Source: an uncultured Thermoleophilia bacterium
GTDB lineage: Bacteria > Actinomycetota > Thermoleophilia > UBA2241
NCBI GenBank assembly: GCA_963784975.1
Contig: CAWAUK010000014.1
Span: forward strand, 1-32,000
Length of the DNA: 32,000 bases
Reading direction: 5' to 3'
In this document: positions 8,357 through 15,536 of the stretch, piece after piece
How the letters are laid out: each line of letters opens with the position of its first letter
Numbering within the stretch: position 1 is the first letter of the stretch
Program-made: the position numbers and the translations under genes
Notes under the pieces: generated by a model
The model's database searches: none
What the model was told of the DNA's origin: nothing
Seen by the model: only the letters and a program-made list of their open reading frames with translations

Positions 8357-8911
8357 GCACTCCCATCTCGTGTGACCCCCTTCATCGGTCGGTTTGCTGC
8401 GGTCCTGCTGATCAGTGGCCTGGGCGATCGCGACCGTTCCCGTCCCAGGTCCCGCCGCGTCACGCTGCTGGCGCGGCGACAGGTGGCCGTGCATGCGCTG
8501 GGTGAAGTCCGGATCCGCGAGTTTGCGGCGCGGCGCGTCGATGCGTGAACGATTCTTCAATGGCTCTACCATTTTCTACACATGTATATATTGACAGGGA
8601 GGACGTACTGACGGAGGCTGTGCTGCACATACGGGAAGGCTACCCCTGCGGAAGGGATGGCCTGGCTGTTGTGACGACGCCCCCGCCTCCTCTCAGCCGG
8701 GCTGCCAGGAATCGATCTTGGTGGCTCGGCTGTTGTGCATTCTGGATGCTGCGCAAGGAGGAGAGTTGCAGGAGGTGAGATGACTTCCCGCGGACCACCT
8801 CAGGGCGACGGACGATCCATTCCGGGTCGCAGCGACGCCGAGATGCAACGGCAACATGACGCCGCGGATGTGATAGGCAAGGTACGTCACCAAACGGAAG
8901 GAGGGTCACGT

Positions 8912-9115
8912 ATGCAGTGTTATGTGTGCGCGAAGGCCGGCAAGCAGACCGAGGCGGTCGGCATCTGTATCGTGTGCGGCATGGGTCTCTGCATGGATCA
9001 CGCGATCCGCGAGGATGTCGACCTGTGGGAGGGGGGTTACCCGTTCCCGAAAGAAAAGGCCAAGAAGAAGCTGCCGCGCATCCTCTGCGCGGAGTGCAAG
9101 GAAGTCCTCGTCTAA
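8912..9115 (+). CDS. 67-aa Cys-rich metal-binding miniprotein (DUF2180-like, from memory)
   Basis: ATG at 8912 with GGAAGGAGGG 6 nt upstream. Product: MQCYVCAKAGKQTEAVGICIVCGMGLCMDHAIRED...ILCAECKEVLV, with C3xxC6, C19xxC22, C27xxH30 and C59xxC62. An in-frame ATG at 8780 also has an AGGAGG, so the start is uncertain. Confidence 0.65.
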   Translation: MQCYVCAKAGKQTEAVGICIVCGMGLCMDHAIREDVDLWEGGYPFPKEKAKKKLPRILCAECKEVLV

Positions 9116-9239
9116 CGCGACAACCGCACGCTGAGTCACCTCTCGAAGACCAAGCGCGACCCGGGCCGGTCGCCCGACCGGCGGCCCATCCCGGTGGAGT
9201 GATGAACGGAAACCGGTCAAACGAGGTACGGAGGTAGAG

Positions 9240-10772
9240 ATGTCGCTTTATGAGAAGATGATCAACGAGGCCGTCGGCGCCACCAAGGCAGTGTTCGGCG
9301 TCAACAAGGCCAATCGCGGCGGCACCTTCAAGGTCGTCGATGCCAAGCCCTACGTGGACGCCGTCAATAAGATGACGGTCTATGAGGGTCAGTCCAAGGA
9401 GGTCATCGACCTCCACGTCAAGTCGGTGAACGCGCACTTCGACGTCATGACCTCGCTCACCGACACGGTGCGTCCCGAGGACGACCCGTTCGTCGAGCAC
9501 TATCAGACGCCGCCGATCCTCGAGATCATGTATGAGGAAGATCCCGCGTTCAAAGCTTCGATGTGGAAGTTCATCGACGCCATCGCCGCGAACAAGGCAC
9601 TCATCGGCCGCGAGTCCGTGCGCCGCTACGGTGGCATGTACGGCCCCACCTGCGTCGTCGACTTCGCGATGTCGGTCGGCTCGGTGCCCAACGTCGTGAA
9701 CCAGATCCTCACCGGAATGGACATCCCCAAGGACCACAAGCAGACCATCCTCGCCTGCAAGTCCTGGGGCATGAACACCTCCTACGGACTCGCCGGCGCG
9801 TTCCGCGGGGCCTTGGAGTCGGGCAAGACGGCGGCCGAGGCCGAGCAGGCCGAGGTCGACATGCTGCAGTTCGTGTACCGTGAGCCCTGCGCCGCCCAGT
9901 CGCAGCTCATGGACACCCACAACCTCGGCGGCCACGGCCCGCACACCTCCTTCGACACGCGCAAGTACATGGCGGGCTACAAGGACAAGATGCGCGCGTC
10001 CGTCGTCGCCGCCATGAAGGGCGGGGTGCACTACGCCAACATCACCGCCGTCCCCGCCTACTGCGTCGGCGACGTCGCTCACCACATCGCGCAGTCGGCC
10101 TACAACATGTTCAACGACGACATGGTGTTCGCCATCTACGAGGCAGTCACCGGCGTGCTCGAGAACACGCTCAACCGTGCCCTCAAGGCCGACGCCTTCA
10201 AGGGCCCCTACGACGTCCTTTCGGTGGCGACGGGCTCGACGGCGTGCGCCACGGCGTACATCCTGTGGAAGGACAGCTTCACCGTCCCGATGGTCATCGA
10301 CCTGCTGAACAAGCGCTTCCACAACTACGCGGCGATGCATCCGGACCGCGGCGAGGCCGACGAGCTGCACAACGTCGACTTCATGGACATCCTCAAGCGC
10401 GGTGAGGCGATCCTCGACATCACCCCGCTCGGCAAGGGTGGCAAGGTCAAGGGCGTCGAGGTCGATCTCAGCACGGTGGACAGCAACGAGGTCATCAGCA
10501 ACCCGCAGCGCTACACCTACCCGGCCTGCGCCATCACGCAGCGCTTCGCCGCCCTGATGACGCTGTCCGACTTCCCCTGCTTCCTCACGCCTGAGTGCAC
10601 CACCGCCACCCTCATGACGAACGCCATCGCCGTGGCTCCCGGCGTGCCCGGCGCTCCGGTGCGCGGCTGCAAGCAGTGCGCGACCTGCGACCTGATCAAG
10701 AGGAACGTCCCGATGGCGACCGGCCTTGGCTCCGGCGCCAAGGGCTACTGCCAGTGGAACGTGACCGTCTGA
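9240..10772 (+). CDS. 510-aa conserved-looking protein of unknown function with Cys-rich C-terminus
   Basis: ATG with GGAGG 6 nt upstream and a balanced, protein-like composition. By contrast, the antisense 576-aa ORF is Arg/Gly/His/Val-rich. Motifs include GGMYGPTCVVDF, SWGMNTSYGLAGAF, YCVGDVAHHIAQSAYNMFNDD and a C-terminal RGCKQCATCD...YCQWNVTV. I cannot place it in a known enzyme family. Confidence 0.8.
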   Translation: MSLYEKMINEAVGATKAVFGVNKANRGGTFKVVDAKPYVDAVNKMTVYEGQSKEVIDLHVKSVNAHFDVMTSLTDTVRPEDDPFVEHYQTPPILEIMYEEDPAFKASMWKFIDAIAANKALIGRESVRRYGGMYGPTCVVDFAMSVGSVPNVVNQILTGMDIPKDHKQTILACKSWGMNTSYGLAGAFRGALESGKTAAEAEQAEVDMLQFVYREPCAAQSQLMDTHNLGGHGPHTSFDTRKYMAGYKDKMRASVVAAMKGGVHYANITAVPAYCVGDVAHHIAQSAYNMFNDDMVFAIYEAVTGVLENTLNRALKADAFKGPYDVLSVATGSTACATAYILWKDSFTVPMVIDLLNKRFHNYAAMHPDRGEADELHNVDFMDILKRGEAILDITPLGKGGKVKGVEVDLSTVDSNEVISNPQRYTYPACAITQRFAALMTLSDFPCFLTPECTTATLMTNAIAVAPGVPGAPVRGCKQCATCDLIKRNVPMATGLGSGAKGYCQWNVTV

Positions 10773-10813
10773 GGCGAGCGGACAACGTGCATCTGACGCG
10801 ACGCTGACCGGAA

Positions 10814-10852
10814 CGAGCGGGGATCGAGAAAAGGAATCTCGATCCCCGCTCG
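10814..10852 (+). other. 16-bp perfect intergenic stem-loop between the 510-aa gene and the MIP gene
   Basis: CGAGCGGGGATCGAGA-aaaggaa-TCTCGATCCCCGCTCG. No U-tract follows, so it looks like an mRNA stabiliser, processing site or attenuator rather than a classic intrinsic terminator. Confidence 0.6.
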
Positions 10853-10889
10853 GGCCGCCGCCCTGTCAATTCGTTCTGGAGGTGACACT

Positions 10890-11624
10890 GTGCCGCAACC
10901 CAGCCTTATGAAGCGCGCCGTCGCCGAGATGATCGGCACCTGGGTGCTGGTGTTCCTGGGCACGGGTTCCGTGGTGACGATGGTCGTGTTCTTCAAGTCT
11001 CTCGACGCCGTCAATCAGGCCGCTCTCCTGCTCATCGGCATATCCTTCGGGGTCGCCGTCCTCGTGATGATCTACGTCTTCGGGCACATCTCGGGCACCC
11101 ACATCAACCCTGCTGTGAGCATCGCCCTGTGGATCACCGGGCGCTTTCCGGCCAAGGACATGGTGGCGTATGTCATCGCGCAGCTGATCGGCGCGTTCCT
11201 CGCTTCGGCGACGATCTATGCCCTTTGGGGGTCGCGCGCCGTCGACGCAGGACTGGGCATCACGCTGCCGGGAGCCGGGGTGAGTTACACCCAGGCGATC
11301 TTCGTCGAGATAGTCCTGACGTTCTTCCTGGGGCTCGCCATCTGGGGCTCGGCAGTCGACAGCCGGGCGCCCGGGGGCTTCGCAGGGCTCGCCATCGGTC
11401 TCGTGGTCGCCGCCGATATCTGGGTCGGTGGCCCGCTCACCGGGGCGTCGATGAACCCGGCGCGTTCCTTCGGGCCGTTCCTTGGCGAGAGTGTGTTCGG
11501 CGGCTCGGCCGCCGATTGGGCCAAGTTCCCGATCTACATCATCGGGCCGATCGTCGGCCTGGCCCTGGCGGGCTTGGTGTACGACTACGTCTCAGACCTG
11601 AAGAAGAAGGCCGCGTCTGAGTGA
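10890..11624 (+). CDS. MIP-family channel (aquaporin AqpZ/AqpM-like)
   Basis: GTG with GGAGGTG 5 nt upstream (alternative ATG at 10908). It has six hydrophobic segments and both NPA boxes (SGTHINPAVS and GASMNPARSFGP). Confidence 0.9.
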   Translation: MPQPSLMKRAVAEMIGTWVLVFLGTGSVVTMVVFFKSLDAVNQAALLLIGISFGVAVLVMIYVFGHISGTHINPAVSIALWITGRFPAKDMVAYVIAQLIGAFLASATIYALWGSRAVDAGLGITLPGAGVSYTQAIFVEIVLTFFLGLAIWGSAVDSRAPGGFAGLAIGLVVAADIWVGGPLTGASMNPARSFGPFLGESVFGGSAADWAKFPIYIIGPIVGLALAGLVYDYVSDLKKKAASE

Positions 11625-11678
11625 ACGACGTGCCGCCGGTGTCCTTCCGGGAGACGACGGTGCGAAGCAAGCAGTGAT

Positions 11679-11733
11679 GGGGCGAAGGCGGGGGCGTGAC
11701 GCTGGTCACGATCGCCCCCGCCTTCGTCGCCCC
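11679..11733 (+). other. long GC-rich intergenic stem-loop between the MIP and flavoprotein genes
   Basis: GGGGCGAAGGCGGGGGCG ... CGCCCCCGCCTTCG(TCG)CCCC: a 14-bp stem plus 4 more bp across a 3-nt bulge, with a 16-nt loop. Its presence argues against the GTG 11696 start for the next gene. Confidence 0.55.
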
Positions 11734-11767
11734 GGACGATAGCGTCGAGCAGGGATCTGGAGAACGG

Positions 11768-12388
11768 ATGAACGGCAGGGGTATGAGGCTCCTCGGGGTC
11801 TCGGGAAGTCCGCGTCGCAAGGCGACGGACTTCGCGGTGAACGAGGCGCTCAGGTACGCCCGTGAGCAGCACGGTGCGGACGTCGACTACTTCAGCGCTC
11901 ATCGCAAGTCCATCGGGTTCTGCGTGCACTGCGACGCGTGCATTCGCAAGAAGCAGGGGTGTGCCTTCAAGGATGACATGGAGGAGGTGTATCCCAAGCT
12001 CGAGTGGGCCGACGCCTGGATCCTCGGTACGCCTGTGTACCAGGGGCAGGTGAGCGGCCAGTTGAAGGCGATCCTCGACCGCTGCCGGGCACTCGTCGCC
12101 GGCGAGCCCGGCGTCTTTCGCAACAAGGTCGGGGCCGGCATCGCCGTGGGGGGAGACCGCAGCGGTGGCCAGGAGCCCACGCTCCAGACGATCGCAGGCT
12201 TCTATCTCATCAACGAGATGATCCCCGTCGGCGGCGGCGCGTTCGGCGCGAACCTCGGCGCCGCCGTCTGGTCACACGACAAGGGCGCCGCCGGCGTCGA
12301 GGCCGACGATGAGGGCGTCCGCGCGATCCACCGTGTGGTCGACCGCCTGGTCGAGGTCACCCGTCTGGTCGCTCGTCCGGTATCCTGA
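11768..12388 (+). CDS. iron-sulfur flavoprotein (Isf-type, NADPH-dependent FMN reductase fold)
   Basis: The N-terminus (MRLLGVSGSPRR...) is typical of the FMN-reductase fold, and the compact Isf cysteine motif is present (CVHCDACIRKKQGC, i.e. CxxCxxCx6C). The start could be 11768 or 11783. Confidence 0.8.
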   Translation: MNGRGMRLLGVSGSPRRKATDFAVNEALRYAREQHGADVDYFSAHRKSIGFCVHCDACIRKKQGCAFKDDMEEVYPKLEWADAWILGTPVYQGQVSGQLKAILDRCRALVAGEPGVFRNKVGAGIAVGGDRSGGQEPTLQTIAGFYLINEMIPVGGGAFGANLGAAVWSHDKGAAGVEADDEGVRAIHRVVDRLVEVTRLVARPVS

Positions 12389-12395
12389 GGAAGTG

Positions 12396-12968
12396 ATGAC
12401 GATGACGCTGAAGGTTGTGTGGGGCATCAGCGGTTCCGGCGACAAGATGCCCGAGACCGTCGCCGCCATGGCGCAGGCTCGGGAACGGCTCGACCTGGAG
12501 ATCACGGCGGCCGTGTCCATCGCCGGGGAGCGGGTGCTGCGCTGGTACAAGCTGCGCGAGACGGTCGACGAGATCGCGAAGTCGGTGAAGATCGAGAAGG
12601 ACGCCAACTCGCCGTTCATCACCGGGCCGTTGCAGATCGGTCAGTACGATTGCCTGCTGGTGGCGCCCGCGACTGCGAACTCGGTGGCGAAGATCGTGCA
12701 CGGCATCGAGGACAGCATGCTGACGAACGCCGTCGGGCAGACCGCCAAGTCGACGACGCCGATCTACATCATGCCGGTCGATCTCCGCCCGGGCACGACG
12801 GTGACCATGCGCCCCGGCGGCGAGCGCCTCGAGCTCAAGATCCGCGCGATCGACGTGGAGAACACCAGCAAGTTGCGCACCATGGAAGGCATCAGCGTGT
12901 TCGAATCGCCCTCCGAGATCGAGGGCATCCTCCGGGCTTGCGCGGAACGGAAGGACGTCGGCTCGTGA
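12396..12968 (+). CDS. AfpA/DmrB-like flavoprotein (candidate dihydromethanopterin reductase)
   Basis: HFCD-type flavoprotein motifs: VVWGISGSGDK and LLVAPATANSVAKIVHGIEDSMLTNAV. It lies 7 nt after the Isf gene and overlaps the start of mptG (GTGA). The functional name rests on context plus the known DmrB/AfpA relationship. Confidence 0.7.
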   Translation: MTMTLKVVWGISGSGDKMPETVAAMAQARERLDLEITAAVSIAGERVLRWYKLRETVDEIAKSVKIEKDANSPFITGPLQIGQYDCLLVAPATANSVAKIVHGIEDSMLTNAVGQTAKSTTPIYIMPVDLRPGTTVTMRPGGERLELKIRAIDVENTSKLRTMEGISVFESPSEIEGILRACAERKDVGS

Positions 12969-13936
12969 GGGTGTCGGTCGACACCGGCTGCAGGCTGCAC
13001 TTGGGCTTCACCAACCTGAGCGACGACGTGGGCCGCTGCTATGGCAGCCTCGGCGTCGCGCTGGACCGTCCCAGCACGACGGTCATCGTGGAAGAATGCC
13101 GTGACGCGGTCGTCGTCGGAGACGACCCGGAGCAGATCCGCGCGTGCTATGCGGCGCTTCTGTGACCACTATCAGGTCGACCCCCGGGTCTCCATCGAGG
13201 TCAGCGAGTGCATCCCTCAGCACGTCGGTCTCGGCTCGGGTACGCAGCTCGCCCTGGCCATCGGCCTGGGCCTGGCGATGGTCTGCGGTATCGACGCAAA
13301 TGTGTGGGACGTCGCCTCGGCCATGGGCAGGGGACGCCGGTCCGGGATCGGGACGGCGGCATTCCAGACGGGCGGATTCGTCGTCGATGCCGGTCACAAG
13401 AGGGGCGGGATCCGGTCGGGACGCGGCGCCGACGGTGGTGTGGCGCCGCGATCTTCCCGCAGACTGGCGCTTTGTCGTGGTCGTTCCCGACGCGGACGGC
13501 GGTCTGAGCGGGCACAGCGAAGAGGGGGTCTTCGGAGCGTTGGCGCCGTCGGTGCGGATCTCCGAGGAGATCAGCAGGATCACGCTGCTCAGACTGATGC
13601 CGGCCCTCGTCGAGCACGACATCGAGGAGTTCGGCCGCGCCTTGACTGCGGTGGACCGCAAGACCGGCGAGTACTTCTCGGATGTGCAGGGCGGCATATA
13701 CGGCGGGGGGGAGACCAACGCGGCCGTCGATGCTCTGCTGCGCGCCGGCGCCTGCGGGGCGGGACAGAGTTCCTGGGGGCCGGCGGTCTATGGCCTCGTG
13801 CACGAGAAGGATGTCGGGAGGATCGAAGCAGCGGTCAAGAAGTCCCTGGCGGACGACTGGCAGAGAGGCGCAGGTCTTCGCGAGTCACGGCCGCAACACG
13901 GAAGCGAGAGTGGAAGTACTGAAGGTCGCGCTATGA
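12965..13936 (+). pseudogene. mptG: beta-ribofuranosylaminobenzene 5'-phosphate synthase (H4MPT biosynthesis), interrupted by three +1 frameshifts
   Basis: The GHMP-kinase-like protein is spread over frames 2, 0, 1 and 2. Segment 1 is VRVSVDTGCRLHLGF...IRACYAA, ending near 13157. Segment 2 is FCDHYQVDPRVSIEVSECIPQHVGLGSGTQLALA...GGFVVDAGHK, with the next shift between 13400 and 13435. Segment 3 is VVWRRDLPADWRFVVVVP...SSWGPAVYGLV...LADDW, with the last shift near 13860-13873. Segment 4 is QVFASHGRNTEARVEVLKVAL*. This could be real decay or sequence error. Confidence 0.8.
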
Positions 13937-14518
13937 GGTCGGGCCGAGATCCTGAAGCAGCGCTGCCAGCGCGCGTTCGTAGGCAGATCCCGGCGCCACT
14001 TTGCCCACGATCCGGTGGTTCTCTGTGATCGTCGTCAGCGCAGCACCGGCGCCCAGGCGCTCCAGTCTTGTGGCAAGGACCAGGCTCTCGAGCAGGAGTC
14101 CTTCGGCGCGGTTGATCAAGCGCGGCGCCCCGTGGCGATGCACGCGCCTGACGTCGCCCACGAGACGCATTCTGTCGCCGCCGGGGGTCGCGCTGGTCAG
14201 GACCAGCTCTACGTTGACCGTGCACCCGGCGATGACAGGCGCATGGACGTCTTGCGCCCCCGCGAACAGCAGTTGCTCCGGGGCTCGCAACGCCACGTAC
14301 AGCATCCCGGCATCCGCGGGGAAGTTGGCCACGAACTCGCCGCCGTCCAGGATGTTCGCCAGCGTCCGCGAGCCGTCGTACACGTCCATGCACAGCTCAT
14401 CCGGGCCGCTGGTCCACACACCGATTGGAGCCGCGTGGGGGGTGCCATCGCGAAAGGTGGAGATCAGGACTTCGTAGATCCAGCGGTCTTGCATGCCGAG
14501 CCGGCGCAGCTGATCCAT
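13931..14518 (-). CDS. DUF447-like protein (FMN-binding split-barrel type, H4MPT-cluster associated; from memory)
   Basis: 195-205 aa (WIYEVLISTFRDGTPHAAPIGVW...). ATG 14518 has AGGA 7 nt upstream; GTG 14548 and ATG 14494 are alternatives. Its stop overlaps the mptG stop convergently by 6 nt. Confidence 0.65.
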   Translation of the reverse strand: MDQLRRLGMQDRWIYEVLISTFRDGTPHAAPIGVWTSGPDELCMDVYDGSRTLANILDGGEFVANFPADAGMLYVALRAPEQLLFAGAQDVHAPVIAGCTVNVELVLTSATPGGDRMRLVGDVRRVHRHGAPRLINRAEGLLLESLVLATRLERLGAGAALTTITENHRIVGKVAPGSAYERALAALLQDLGPTS

Positions 14519-14663
14519 GTGTGATCCTGTTTGACGGAGGCGAGTCACGCCTCACCGGTAGCGAGCGACAACTGAAGATGGAGAGGGAGTATATCTCGGG
14601 TGGACACGGGCGGAAGTCCGTCGTCGGGCTCGGATTCTCTCGACCGAGGGAGGTTGGCGCGTC

Positions 14664-15536
14664 ATGAAGAAGATCCTGCTGCAGCTCGACAGCGATCGCA
14701 CGGCGAGCGTGTTCGACGCAGTCACGGCCTACGACGCCGGTGCGGACGTGCTTCTTCAGCATGGCTCGGTGGAGCCGGCCGAGGTCCGTGCCATCGTCTA
14801 CGGCGCCATGTTCACGCGCGGCGGCGAAGACCTCAAGAGTTCGGCCGTGTTCATCGGCGGGGCCGACGTGGCCAAGGGCGAAGCCCTGCTCAAGGAGGCC
14901 TGCGGCGCCTTCTTCGGGCCGGTCCGGGTCTCCGTGATGCTGGATGCCAACGGGTGCAACACCACGGCGACCGCCGCCGTCGTCAAGCTTCTCTCCGCCG
15001 GCGATCTGCGCGGGAAGAAGACGGTCGTGCTGGCCGGCACCGGCCCGGTCGGCCGCAGGGCGGCCGGGCTCCTCGCGAAGGAAGGGGCGGACGTGGTCGT
15101 GGCCGAGACCCTGCCCACGGGGACGATGGAGCGGGCGAAGGACGCCTGCGCCACCATCGAGGAGCGCTTCGGGGTGCAGGTGACCCCCGCCGCCGCCGCC
15201 GACGCAGCCGCCACTGCGCGCGTGCTCGAGGGGGCGGAGGCGGTCCTCTGCACCGGCGCCGCCGGGCTTCAGCTGGTCTCTGAGACGATCTGGAGAGATC
15301 ACCCCACCCTGCGGGTGCTGGGCGACGTGAACGCCGTCCCACCGGTCGGCCTGGAGGGCACCAAGGCGACGTGGGACGGCAAGGACGTTGACGGCAAGAT
15401 CGTGTTCGGGGCTCTCGGCATCGGCAACCTCAAGATGAAGATCCACCATCGTTCCGTCGGACGGCTCTTCGAGCAGAACGACCTGGTCCTGGATGCGGAG
15501 GAGATCTTCGCCCTCGCCAAGGAGCTGGCGCAGTAG
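14664..15536 (+). CDS. mtdB: NAD(P)-dependent methylene-tetrahydromethanopterin dehydrogenase (MtdA/B/C family)
   Basis: 290 aa with GAGGGAGG upstream. The sequence has the MtdA/MtdB layout (MKKILLQLDSD...VFDAVTAYDAGAD..., Rossmann segment VVLAGTGPVGRRAA). Which paralogue it is cannot be decided by eye. Confidence 0.85.
   Translation: MKKILLQLDSDRTASVFDAVTAYDAGADVLLQHGSVEPAEVRAIVYGAMFTRGGEDLKSSAVFIGGADVAKGEALLKEACGAFFGPVRVSVMLDANGCNTTATAAVVKLLSAGDLRGKKTVVLAGTGPVGRRAAGLLAKEGADVVVAETLPTGTMERAKDACATIEERFGVQVTPAAAADAAATARVLEGAEAVLCTGAAGLQLVSETIWRDHPTLRVLGDVNAVPPVGLEGTKATWDGKDVDGKIVFGALGIGNLKMKIHHRSVGRLFEQNDLVLDAEEIFALAKELAQ

Noticed and set aside
8351-8572. 73-aa minus-strand ORF abutting the tRNA as a possible integrase remnant
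   Set aside because: There is only a vague resemblance (..QRMHGHLS..) to the LGH box of tyrosine recombinases. It has no catalytic R/H/Y context, it overlaps the tRNA 3' end, and it has no SD.
8640-10370. 576-aa ORF on the minus strand
   Set aside because: It is antisense to the 510-aa plus-strand gene, which has a strong SD and normal composition. The minus product is Arg/His/Gly/Val-rich and low-complexity.
9240-10772. The 510-aa protein as a divergent methyl-coenzyme M reductase subunit
   Set aside because: There is local similarity of ..SAYNMFNDDMVFAIYEAV.. to the McrA ..AAYTDNILDDF.YYG.EYV.. region and of ..ATGST.. to ..ATGN... However, the other Mcr signatures are absent (the GYDLQDQCG and YPNYAMNVGH regions) and no other mcr genes are present. 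The resemblance is probably chance.
11696-11767. GTG 11696 as the start of the iron-sulfur flavoprotein
   Set aside because: The extra 24 aa are not part of the FMN-reductase fold. The segment forms the 3' half of a very stable intergenic hairpin, and ATG 11768/11783 have SD-like sequences.
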